DNA from: Octopus vulgaris
Taxonomy: Eukaryota
DNA length: 64,000 bases
Direction of reading: 5' to 3'
Assembly: GCA_951406725.2 (NCBI GenBank)
Contig: OX597829.1
Location: 30,752,001-30,816,000, forward strand
The notes under the pieces were generated by a model, which was not told the origin of the DNA, searched no databases, and saw only the letters and a program-made list of their open reading frames with translations. Below are positions 52,975 through 64,000 of the stretch, piece after piece. A program made the position numbers and the translations under genes. Every line of letters starts with the position of its first letter. Position 1 is the first letter of the stretch.

Positions 52975-53160
52975 ATATACTTTATTTAAAAGCAGCAGAA
53001 ATTCAACAAAACCTGTTACTCGGAGTTGAACGGGAACGTGAAACTCCAAGTAACAGGTTTTGTTGAATTTCTGCTGCTTTTAAATAAAGCATATTACTCT
53101 ACCCCTGGTATTTGAGTACTCTTTTTTCCACCTTGTTTCACATTTATGTGTTTACTCCAG
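52975..53160 (+). mobile_element. Foldback pseudo-LTR-like fragment with the 3' half of a hammerhead
   Basis: Arms 52975-53027 / 53042-53094. The centre reads TGA-ACG(ggaa)CGT-GAAA-CTCCRAG-TA; the 5' core is lost at the inversion. Confidence 0.6.
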
Positions 53161-53190
53161 CATATATTTATATATACAGATATAGATAGA

Positions 53191-53364
53191 TAGATAGATA
53201 GTTGTGGCCTGTCTATAGGGTTACCCTGGGTTTCATGTTCATAAAGCACGTAGCTTTATGGTGTTTCTTCAGAGCCTAGGCTTAGAGTCTGAAGAAAAGC
53301 CGTAAAGCTAAGTGCTTTACGGACATAAAACCCAGAGTAACCCCATAGACCAGCTACATCTATC
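53191..53364. repeat. ~170-bp palindrome made of two divergent degenerate hammerheads
   Basis: Minus 53216-53278: TAGGCT-CTGAAGA-..CATAAAGC(tacgt)GCTTTATG..-GAAA-CCCAGGG-TA-ACCCTA. Plus 53283-53346: AGAGT-CTGAAGA-..CCGTAAAGC(taagt)GCTTTACGG..-AAAA-CCCAGAG-TA-ACCCC. Confidence 0.65.
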
Positions 53365-53436
53365 TTTATCAATATACTCTACTACTCTATAATTTAGAGT
53401 ATGCTTCTTTTTCGGATTCATGATTTTCTGATAATA

Positions 53437-53917
53437 CTCTTTTACTTGTTTCAGCCATGCTGGAGCACCGCCTTTAATCAAACAAATCAACCCCAGGACT
53501 TATTCTTTGTAAGCCTAGTACTTATTCTATCGGTCTCTTTTGCCGAACCGCTAAGTTACAGGGACGTGAACACACCAGCATCGGTTGTCAAGCAATGTTG
53601 GGGGTACAAACATAGACACACAAACACTCACACTCACACACACACGCACACATATATATATAATATAATATTAATTAGAGACAAAACCACTATTATGCAA
53701 ATCAAACAAAGAAAGACTTAATCCAATACATTTTAAATATAATTAATTTATATAAAATTTTTTATGTATTGGATTAAGTCTTTCTTTGTTTGATTTGCAT
53801 AATAGTGGTTTTGTCTCTAATTAATATTATATTATATTATATTTTACTATAAAATTGGATTCAATCCTAAATCTGATTTTTCCCTGTAAATTTGGATTTA
53901 TTCCCTAATATTTATTA

Positions 53918-53960
<43 letters not shown>

Positions 53961-54114
53961 ACGGGCTTCTTTCAGTTTCCATCTACCAAATCCACTCACA
54001 AGGCTTTGGTCAGCCCAAGGCTATAGTAGAAGACACTTGCCCAAGGTACCACGCAGTGGGACTGAACCCGGAGCCATGTGGCTGGTAAGCAAGCTACTTA
54101 CTACACAGCCACTC
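53437..54114 (-). mobile_element. CORE-like SINE with a foldback insertion in its central microsatellite
   Basis: SINE tail 53437-53640 and head 53960-54114. The insert 53660-53925 has inverted arms 53660-53731 / 53764-53835. Confidence 0.8.
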
Positions 54115-55256
54115 CATTCATATATATCAATATCACCATCATCATTATCATTTAACATCCTATTTTTCATTCTTGCATGAGTCTTGAGTCAGATGGCATA
54201 TGTTGAGACAGATTTCATAGAACTGGATGCCCTCTTAGCTAGACATATTTTTCATAGAAGAGTGGAAACAACTTCACTTGCAAGTATGTGAAACTCATTT
54301 ACAACTATCGTGTGATGTCTAGACAAAGGCACACACACACACATTTATATGCTGAAGCTTCTTTCAGTTTCTATCTACCAAATCCATTCACAAAGTTTTG
54401 GCCAGCCTAGGGCTATAATGAAAGACATTTGTCCAATGTTCTATGGAGTGGAACTGGATCCAAGTCTATATGATTGGAAAGCAAAGCTTGTGAGTGGATT
54501 TGATAGATGGAAACAAATTGAAACCTGTTCTCTATCTGTCTGTCTGTATGTCTGTCTCATCATCATTATCATCATTTAATATCTCATTTTCCATACTGGC
54601 TTCGATTGGATGGTTTAACATGAGTGAGCCAATGAGCTGCAACTTATTTCAATGCCTGCTTTGCATGGTTTCTACAATTGGATGCCTTTTCCAAGGTCAT
54701 GTGTATATACATATATATATGTGTGTGTGTGTGTAAGTGTGTGTAGTTGTATAGGAACGGGGGCTTGGATGTGTGTGTATGTGTTCATGTATATATCTTT
54801 GTCTTAACATCACATGATTGTTGTAATGCATGTGATGTTCATTTCCAGTTGGCAACAAGAAGCTGTAGAAAAATGTGTTTCAACAAACTCTCTCTAACCC
54901 ATGCAGGCAATGAAAAAAGTGGACATTAAATGATGATAATAACACAATTATCGTGATATAAATATGCACACACACACACACACATATATACATAAAAGTT
55001 ATTGATAAGTTGAATGCAAGGACAAGTTACCATAAAAATTAGGACCCAATTTTCAACTACATTAAACTCCACCCTCATATAATGTGGTCAGTGATGCATC
55101 AAGGCAGGCGTAATAACAAGAACAACATACAGTTTAAAAGAACAAAAAAACAAAAAACAGAAAAAAGAAATTATTGATATTTCAGAAATCTCATTTTGTG
55201 CATTTCAGTAATCAATAATCACATTGATCATGGATCATTTCACCCATTGAAAATAT

Positions 55257-55294
<38 letters not shown>

Positions 55295-55320
55295 ACACAC
55301 ACATACACACGCACACACAA

Positions 55321-55358
<38 letters not shown>

Positions 55359-56060
55359 TGGACTCGCCCATTGGTTTTGACACATGAGGATCCAACAACC
55401 CACACTTTCTTTGTCGGTCATAATGCTTATGTTGAATGTGACATTTGAGTTCTGTCAACGATTTGTAAAGAAACCTGCAGATGTCGTTAGTATAAGAATT
55501 ATGGGTCAGTGCTGGCAGTACATCTGTAGCTATGTTTTTCTTTTGCCTTGCACCCCTAAACCTTTTAATGCTGGCTGAAACAAAGTCTCTTATTCCAATT
55601 TGACACAATGATTTCCATTTTGTTCACTCCAAGGCTGTTTTCTCAAAGGTGTTCTAAGCTATATTGACTGCTGAGAGGTTACTCTTCAGCTTGTCCTTAT
55701 ATCTGTGCCATGATCGACCAACATTCCTGTGTGCACTATCAAGCTGGCTGTACATGGGGACTTTGGGTATTCTTTTGCTAATATAGTGTATTGTTTCCCT
55801 TTATTCCTGTCCACTCACTACATTTCCTCCCTTTCATCTCCTACTTTCATTTCCCATTTTTTGCAATCTTACCCACCCACTCACCCTATCCAATCCTTGG
55901 TTTAATTTCACCTACATACACCTTCCTGTAACTTCAGTGTACAACCTCATCACGTTTTCTTAGTCTTTTTTTTTCTCCTGCCTTTCTCTTCTCTATTTTA
56001 CTGAGGTAGCTATTTATCTCCTTGAATGCATTTCTGTCCCTCTGTTCATACTCTTATTTC

Positions 56061-56258
56061 TTTACTGCCCACAAGGAGCTAAACGGATTAAGTCAATGAG
56101 ATCGACCCCAGTGCATAACTGGTACTTATTTAATCGACCCCAAAAGGATGAAAGGCAAAGTCAACCATGGCGGAATTTGAACTCAGAACGTAACGGCAGA
56201 CGAAATACCGCTAAGCATTTCGCCCAGCGGGGTAACGATTCTGCCAGCTCACCTCCTT
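56061..56258 (-). mobile_element. Meta-like tRNA SINE
   Basis: Reverse complement of the family consensus. Others at 56555-56703 (+), 58815-59150 (+, two copies), 59325-59450 (-) and 60240-60466 (-). Confidence 0.8.
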
Positions 56259-57542
56259 AGAATACATAGACCTTTCATCAGCTGGCACAAGGCCACCTCC
56301 TTCAAGATTACTCGCCACTCAGTTGAGGGGCCTTGTCTTGCAAGTTACTTGCTGTCCCAGCCAGTGCTGAGACTGTGTAAAAAGTAACCTGTTCAGTCTG
56401 TGATATGGTTGGCATTAAGTAAGGGCATCCAGCCATAAAAACTATGCCCAAAACAGACAATAGAGATTGGAGCAGTCTTCTGACTTGCCAGTTCCAGTCA
56501 AACTGTCCAACCAATGTCAGCATGGAAAATTGACATTAAATGATGATACACATAGGTGGTGAGCTGGCAGAAACGTTAGCACACCGGGTGAAATGCTTAG
56601 CAGTATTTCATCTGCTGTTACGTTCTGAATTCAAATTCCGCCATGGTTGACTTTGCCTTTCATCCTTTTGGGGTCGATAAATTAAGTACCAGTTACACAC
56701 TGGATGATGATGATATACACACACATACACACATTTTCTAGGAATAAGAATAAGCTGTGTAATTTGTACCATGTTAACAAATATAAGCGCTGTTGTATTA
56801 TATCTGCAACATTATATTTTTTCCTTATGAAGTTATAGTCACATGAACGCATATGCACACACAAACACACACATCCACATATACATGCACAAAAACACAG
56901 CACAGTCATACACACTCGTGCACTCATATATACATACTCACACATGTACATATACAACACAATTATACACACTCATACACAAACACATATTTTCATAATT
57001 AGCGTTTTGTATGTACACACACACACACATATAGCAGTATGTCTACCACAATTAGCTCAATCATGCATGGTAAAATATGTATGCAATGTAACACAGAAGA
57101 ATACACTTCTAATTCTGTACTGGAAGCATGTTTAAATTCTGCTTCTGTTTTCCAGTATATTTCATGAATTATAGGGCTGAATTCATAGCACATACATCTA
57201 ACAATTTGCTTAGTTTAAGCACTGAACTTGAAAGGCAACTGAAATTGTGCCTGCTAACATCAAATCAGTTTCCATTTAGCGAATTCCATGCTGAATTCCA
57301 TGGATCAATTTACCATTTTTATAATGAATTGTAAATAATTTATATGTTTTGTATTTAATACTTAATGTTTATAGATTTAGTTTGAGCAGGCACTGCATAC
57401 TATGCTGACCCAGACAACACATCCGTTATACATCTGTATTGATACATGCTGTATTTACTGGTGTACAAGTTGTACTATTTTTATACTTGATTTTAAATGA
57501 AAATCTTGGATGTGACTTATACTTCTTGTCTCGTAACAGCAT

Positions 57543-57896
57543 TCATTGAGGAGGAGTTAAGCCGGTTCCCATTGAGTTCACTGTGTTACAAGTCATGGTG
57601 GTCCATGCACGTCTGTCTGTGGTTGATTCTGTTGCGTGTTGAAGCCATTCCTTGTTCCAGTAGCAAGCATCAAAGATTTGAGGGCCAGAAATGAACTCTG
57701 TATCTGCTTTGAATGCTGTGGGCCATGTCTTCAGCTGACTGCTTCTCTGCTTATGCCAACCCATGGGATGGTGTGGTTCTGTTGCCTTCTGGATGCGTTC
57801 ATCATGGAGGCACCACAACATGTGACCAAACCATTGTAGTCTTTTCATCAAAAGAGTTCTCTGATCATTCCTTGAAATCACTATGAACTCACTCAC
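57543..57896 (-). mobile_element. C-terminal fragment of a second RTE-type LINE family
   Basis: RLQWFGHML...GW.KQRSSQLKTW...ADTE.ISGPQIF...WNKEWL......DRRAW matches the RTE post-RT consensus RLRWFGHVLR...RGGQxKTW...DR..W. Confidence 0.7.
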
Positions 57897-60800
57897 ACCA
57901 CAACTTGTGACTTGTGAGCAAAGATAAAACTAAGAAAAGAAAAACATTTTGAAGCAAGATTTAACAGAGGAGGAGGAGGAGGAGGTGGTGGTGGTGGTGA
58001 TGGTGGTGGTGGTGGTGGTGGTGGTGGTGGTGTAATAAATGAGTGTGACTTGTACAAGAGTAAATATGACGCTTGTATGTGTGAGTATATATGAATTTGT
58101 ATTTGTGTGTGCATCTATGTGTAGATCTGCAATTTGATGTTTTGTATATGTAACATTGTGTTAGCATTTAGGTATGCAGGTATCTTGAAAATACCTCATG
58201 GAATGACGTCCATGCCTTGCATAGTTATGGGCTGACCTTTGGCATGGCATAGCACCCATTCAGCCACCCTACCAGGGATATGGCAGCATGGAGGAATGTG
58301 AAGAGGTAGCAGAAGAGTTCAACTGAGCCAATGGTGCTTCTTACATCGATGCTGAGCAGAGAAATCATCGAAGATCAACAGTCAGGATCACCAAGCTGTA
58401 TCAAGAGAGGAACTGCAATGCATTCATAGGGGAGGTATCCATGGTTGTATAATCAGCTAATGAAAGACTCACTATGACTCAAGTTCCCAGTTCAAATTCA
58501 TAATAATGGAATTGGATGGCAACAGAGATTCAAAGGAATCAGTGAAAAAAAAGTGTTAATTTATCATACTATAATGTCTGACCTACCCTGTCCACTACCA
58601 ATGGAATCCCACTGATATGGTTACCAACTAAACCATGCAGCCAGAGTGTATAATACTGCATATAACAATATACAGCATACACCCATCAATGGAACCTCTA
58701 TTGGCTTTGCACTTTCAAAGATGGGGAAATCCTTGTTGAGTAAAAAATAAAAAATAAAAATGGGATGTGCGTCTCTGGCTGCAAAACAATGCCTCAAAAA
58801 TATTTTGGTGAGCTTTCAAATTCCGCCAAGGTCGACTTTGCTTTTCATCTTTTCGGGGTCGATAAATTAAGTACCAGTTGCATACTGGGGTCGATCTAAT
58901 CGACTGGCTCCCTCCCCCAAAATTTCGGGCCTTGTTTCTAGAGTAGAAAAGAATATTTTGGTTAGCTGACAAAATCATTAGCACGTTGGACAAAAATGCT
59001 TAGCTGCACTTTGAGCTCAAATTCTGCTAAGGTCAACTTTGCCTTTCATCTTTTCGGGGTCAATAAAATAAGCACGACTTAAACACTGGAATTCATGTAA
59101 TTAGCTTGCCCCCACCCCTGGACTCTCTGGACTTGTGCCAGAATTTGCTACTAATATTTTTGTGTGACCTATGCTGGCATAGAAAGAGAGATATAAAAAT
59201 GAATTAATAAATATGCATATGATAGGATCTCTAGTTAAAATGACATATGATTGTTCAGTTTTTGTTGAACAACCTGCACAAATTATTTGTTTACAGTGAT
59301 CAAATGCATTTACAGGCATCAATTACATTGACCCCAGTGTTTCACTGGTACTTAATTTATCAACGTTGAAAGTTGAGCTTGGCAGAATTTGAGCTCTGCT
59401 TCTAAGCATTCTGCCTGTCATGCTAAGCATTCTGCCAGCTTGCCACCTTGATTTTTTTTTTCCTATAATAATAGCAACACAATACATCTTTACTGTGATG
59501 TTTACTTTTTACTGACCTGAGTTTTGGCTTTCGCCTTACTGGCACTTGTACCGGTGGTATGTGAAAAACAACATTGGAGCAAGGTATTGCCAGTGCCGCT
59601 GGACTGACTCCTGTGCAGGTGATATGTAAAAACACCATTTGAGCGTGGCTGTTGCCAGTACCACCTGACTGGCCCTCATGCCGGTTGCACATAAAAGCAC
59701 CCACTACACTCTCGGAGTGGTTGGCGTTATGAAGGGCATCCAGCTGTAGAAACTCTGCCAGATCAGATTGGAGTCTGGTTCACCAGTCCTCAGTCAAATC
59801 ATCCAACCCATGCTAGCATAGAAAGCAGATGTTAAACGATGATGATGATGATGATGATGATGAATTTAAAGAGTCAGAAAAATTGTCAATAGACATTTTG
59901 TCCGATATGTTAATGATTCTGCCAGCTGACGAATGTATTATTGAGGCATTGCTGTACAGTCAGATGCACTTCCCATTTTTATTTATTATTTTTTTTTTCC
60001 TCAACAAGGAATACCCCTATCTTTGAAAGTGCAAAGTCAATGGAGGTTTCATTGATGAGTGTGTGTTGTATATTGTTATATGCAGTAGTTGTTACTGTTA
60101 TATGCAGTATTAATTACACAAATCTGGTATCAGAGTGATTACAGAGCAATGTGAAGTGAAGTGTTTTGCTCAAGAACACAACTCAGATCTTGTGATCCAG
60201 AAATTGAAACCATGATTTCATAATCATGAGTGCTAGAATCTTATTTCTTTATTGCCCACAAGGGTCTAAGCATAGATGGGACAAACAAGGACAGACAAAG
60301 GGATTAAGTTGATTGATCCCAGTGTGTAACTGGTACTTAATTTATTGACCCCCAAAAGGATGAAAGGCAACGTTGACCTCAGCAGAATTTGATCTCAGAA
60401 CGTAATGGCAGACGAAATACCGCTAAGCATTTCGCCCGGCATGCTAACATTTCTGCCAGTTTGCCACTAGAGTCTGAAACATTAAAGACTTTTTCTCTTC
60501 CTCTCAAGCATTATATTAATAACACCTTTGTAAAAACCTGTCTCTCACATTTTTGCCTTTTTCTTGTGTTTGCTCATCTTGCTCATTATATCATGTGTGT
60601 GTGTGTGTGTGTGTGTTTGTTTGTGTGTGTACATATATAAACACATGCATGCACAAAACACACACACACGCACACACACACACACACACACACTGATAAC
60701 ATTTGTTTTATAAAAATGCCAAACATTAGTTATAATAATCATAATGTTCACCATCTCCTTTACTCAGTCTTCCCAGCATTCAACTGTATATTGCTCTGGT

Positions 60801-62099
60801 CCCATTTATGTGCAGTGATGAAAATGAAAATCATTCTACAATTGCAGCATTTCCACATTCTTGCTGCATGCTCTCCCTCCCTCCCTTTCTCTCTCTCTCT
60901 CTCCCTCTCTCTCTCTCTCTTTCTCTCCCTGTCTCTCTCTTTCTCTCTTGGTTCTTGCTCTCACTCAGCACCTCACCACCACCACCACCATTCCTTATTC
61001 CCACCAAGTAGAAAGTATTTGTAAAGAAGATAAATAGAAAAATAGATAAATACAAGCTAGATAAATAGACAAACAAGTAACAAAGTATAATACAAATAAA
61101 CAGCCTTTATATGTTACCAAGACTTTACAGTAGAGAGATCAGCCACCTAAACAGTCAGGTTGCTGCTGGAACAATAAAATGGTAAAAAGAATTCTGCCAG
61201 CATGAATAAATAAATAAAAGAAAATTTAAAAAAGAAAAAAAACAGTAAAGAAAGAAAACAAGAAACAAAGAAAAGAAAAGAATAAATAAAATAAAATTCA
61301 ATTAAAAATTGAATAAAAAATAACAAAAAAAAATTTTTTTTTAATCTCCTCCACCCACATCAGTGTAGTTTGGGTATGCTATCAAACAAGTGAGGATATA
61401 TATATGTATGTTTATTTTGAGCTATCTGCTAACAAACAGTCTTCATATACAGCTGTCCTGCTTTATGGTGCTGTATTATTAAGCAACAAAGCTTCTTTGC
61501 CTCTGGTCCTTCGTAGCCAGCTTTACTAAAAGTGCTTACTAACTATTATTAGCCTTCAGCTGGCTGAATTAGTTAATGGCATCAGCATCGGAGCTATCAT
61601 TACTATATTTTTTTTTTCCTTTATGAGAATGACGGGGACCAAACCAACTGGGAGCAAAAGTATGATGATTGTGTATATTATTAGTTCTGAAGATTTTACA
61701 GTTTTTTTTTTCTTTTTTTTGATGATGACGATGATCATCATCATGAACTCCTCCTCTTCCTCTCATCATTGCCATCACCGTCAACACCAGTATTGTCACC
61801 ATTTTTATCAATACCATTGTCGTCGTCGTCATCATCATCACCACCCTCCCCTCCACCACTACCATCACCACACTCCCACCCTCCTCCTCATCATCAGCAT
61901 CAGCATCATCACCACTACTATCGTTACCGTCATTATTGTCATTGTCGTCGTCGTCGTCGTCGTCATCATCATCATCATTATTAATCATCATCACCGTTGC
62001 CATCATCAGCATTTTACATCCATCTTTCTGTGCTCGCATATGCTGCCGCTGGTCTTTACCACTTGTAGTCACTTTGTCATCTCCTTCAACAAATTCATC

Positions 62100-62520
62100 A
62101 GCCTCTTGAGATCAGTTTCCACCACTTAACGCCTCATGTCTTCGTCTTCCTGCAATTTCCTTCCACTTGGATCTTATGGCACTTCATTACTCAACTATCA
62201 ATATCCATTTGCATCGCTCCCATCGTTAGTGCAAGCTTCTCAGTTGCACAAGTTGCACATCGTAACTGATTCCTTTTTAATCCATTTTTGCATCTCTTGC
62301 TCAAGTACCCTAACATTATGCATTCAGCAGAATACGCATGCTTCATTTCAAATTCAGCTTTTGCTTATCCTCAGCATTCACTGTCCGTGTTTCTTTACTC
62401 TGCAGCATCACCTTTTTGCACAACAGGCAGCACACAGTTGACTTGACTTTTTACTTACAGAGAGAAACCTTTTTGTCTAATCTCACTGTGGCTGCTGTGC
62501 TTTTAGGTACATCTAGTTCC
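62100..62520 (-). mobile_element. Old RTE-LINE 3' ORF fragment
   Basis: Resembles 17200-17600 on the minus strand. Confidence 0.5.
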
Positions 62521-62529
62521 TAATTATTC

Positions 62530-62845
62530 TTTTATTCTTTTACTTGTTTCAGCCATTTGACTGCAGCCATGCTGGAGCACTGATTTGAAGCACACCAGCA
62601 TCGGTTGTCAAGTGATATTAGAGGGGCAAGCACAGATGCACAAACATATGCACACACATGCATATATATATCTACATATATATGATGGGCTTCTTTCAGT
62701 TTCTGTCTACCAAATCCACTCACAAGGCTTTGGTCGGCCCAAGGCTATAGTAGAAGACACTTGCCCAAGATGCCAAGCAGTGGGACTGAACCTGAAACCA
62801 TGTGGTTGGTAAGCAAGCTACTTACCACACAGCCATTCCTATGCC
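62530..62845 (-). mobile_element. CORE-like tRNA SINE (internally deleted)
   Basis: Head and tail match 20359-20728. Confidence 0.8.
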
Positions 62846-64000
62846 TATGTATATATACATATGCATGTGTATGTATGTATGTATGTATGTATGTAGGTAG
62901 GTATGTATATATACGCATATATGTATGTTTGTCTCTTTTCTGTTGTTCCTTCCCACCAACATGTCTAATCTTCATCCATGCCTTAAACAATTCCTTGCTT
63001 CTCCCCCTTTTTTTTGTGTTCCCAGCTTTGCCTCTGCCTTTAACTTGCTTTTTCAAACCACTCCTTTACAGTCTTCTTATTTTTCCTACCTTCTTGTCTC
63101 ATTCTTTACTTTTTGTTTTTGATGAAGGATTAGTGCCCAAAACGTCAAGATACTTGTCCTTTTTTTAAGTGTTAAACAAATATCACATTTGTTAAAATTT
63201 GTTTTCATTCTGTTGCTTTTTTCTTGGATTCATTGTTTTCTTAATACACACATGTCTGTATATATGCACACATATATATACACATAAACATGCATACATA
63301 CATACATTCACACACACACACACACACACACACATATGCATGCATACAAAGATACATTCACACACACATACACACCTGTACACACACACATATACACCTG
63401 CACACACACACATACACACCTGCACACACACACATGAGGAGATATGTTTAATACTTGATTATTAGTTAGATATACCTGAATTTACCTGGAGTTCTAAGTA
63501 ATGGTTAACTGTTATGCTGTTTCATTTGAAATAGCAACCTTTTAGTAAACACACACACACAAACATACACACATGTAAGTGTAGAACTGTCATATAAAAA
63601 CATCACATATGTAACACTTGTATGTATTAAACATTAAACACATGCCCTTGCATCTGATGGTATTTATCACAGCAGAGTCTTAATGTTGATGAAGTTGTTG
63701 TTTAGCCGTAGGTAAATCAAGTACAATTGTAATCAAAGCCATCCTACTCGTGACTATCGCATCTCTTTTTAATGTTTATTCAGGACTTATTATCAAATGT
63801 TTCCTTTCCTTATATAAGACAGACAGTCAGTTGTTATTTGAGGGCCACTTGACTGTTATTTCCACCAGGTTGAGTAACAACACAGAAGCTTCCTCATTGG
63901 CTGTTGATACTGCTGTTTTGTCTGCATGTATGTTTATGTTAATGCTTTTCTCTTCTGGGAGGTGAAGGAAGAGAACGTTTGTGAAATGGTGTTGCAACAG

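Noticed and set aside
55321-55608. 95-aa minus-strand ORF with a C/H-rich end
   Set aside because: Probably a decayed LINE C-terminal zinc-finger remnant; too degenerate to call.
58625-58645. AAACCATGCAG resembling the U17/snR30 m2 motif
   Set aside because: There is no upstream ATATTCCTA m1 motif and no properly placed ACA box.
1-64000. Most ORFs in the six-frame track (YI/CV/HT/poly-H, -D, -P, -N peptides)
   Set aside because: They are translations of di- and trinucleotide microsatellites or SINE/LINE antisense frames, with no coherent domains.
1-64000. CRISPR arrays, rRNA or prokaryotic operons
   Set aside because: No regularly spaced repeat-spacer array, rRNA-like sequence or gene-dense region is present; the DNA is eukaryotic repeat-rich sequence.

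Overview
AT-rich, microsatellite-dense eukaryotic DNA, most likely intronic or intergenic. Its SINE and LINE content looks like an octopus (cephalopod) genome; this is my inference from repeat recognition. No host protein-coding gene can be called with confidence, and nearly all ORFs in the supplied track are microsatellite artefacts. Recognisable content includes a near full-length degenerate RTE-clade LINE (14.7-18.1 kb) and many RTE fragments and 3' tails. There is also an R4/Dong-like restriction-endonuclease fragment, three mariner transposase remnants and a mariner MITE. Other DNA elements are a piggyBac deletion derivative, two piggyBac MITEs and a MULE-like foldback element. Many tRNA-derived SINEs of three families are present. 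The most notable signal is non-coding: about ten type I hammerhead ribozyme (HHR) motifs from distinct sequence families, three apparently intact (1446-1552 +, 41405-41486 -, 52664-52793 +). Most sit in (TA)n-embedded, tandem or inverted non-coding units. Two units can be rebuilt as head-to-tail or circularly permuted monomers of about 491 and 534 nt with one HHR each, resembling retrozymes or Penelope pseudo-LTRs. In five loci the inversion breakpoints lie within about 15 nt of the predicted cleavage site. A locally duplicated, structured ~280-bp segment with H/ACA-like boxes (42649-42931, 44905-45176) is a second candidate RNA. All pairings and coordinates were read by eye.
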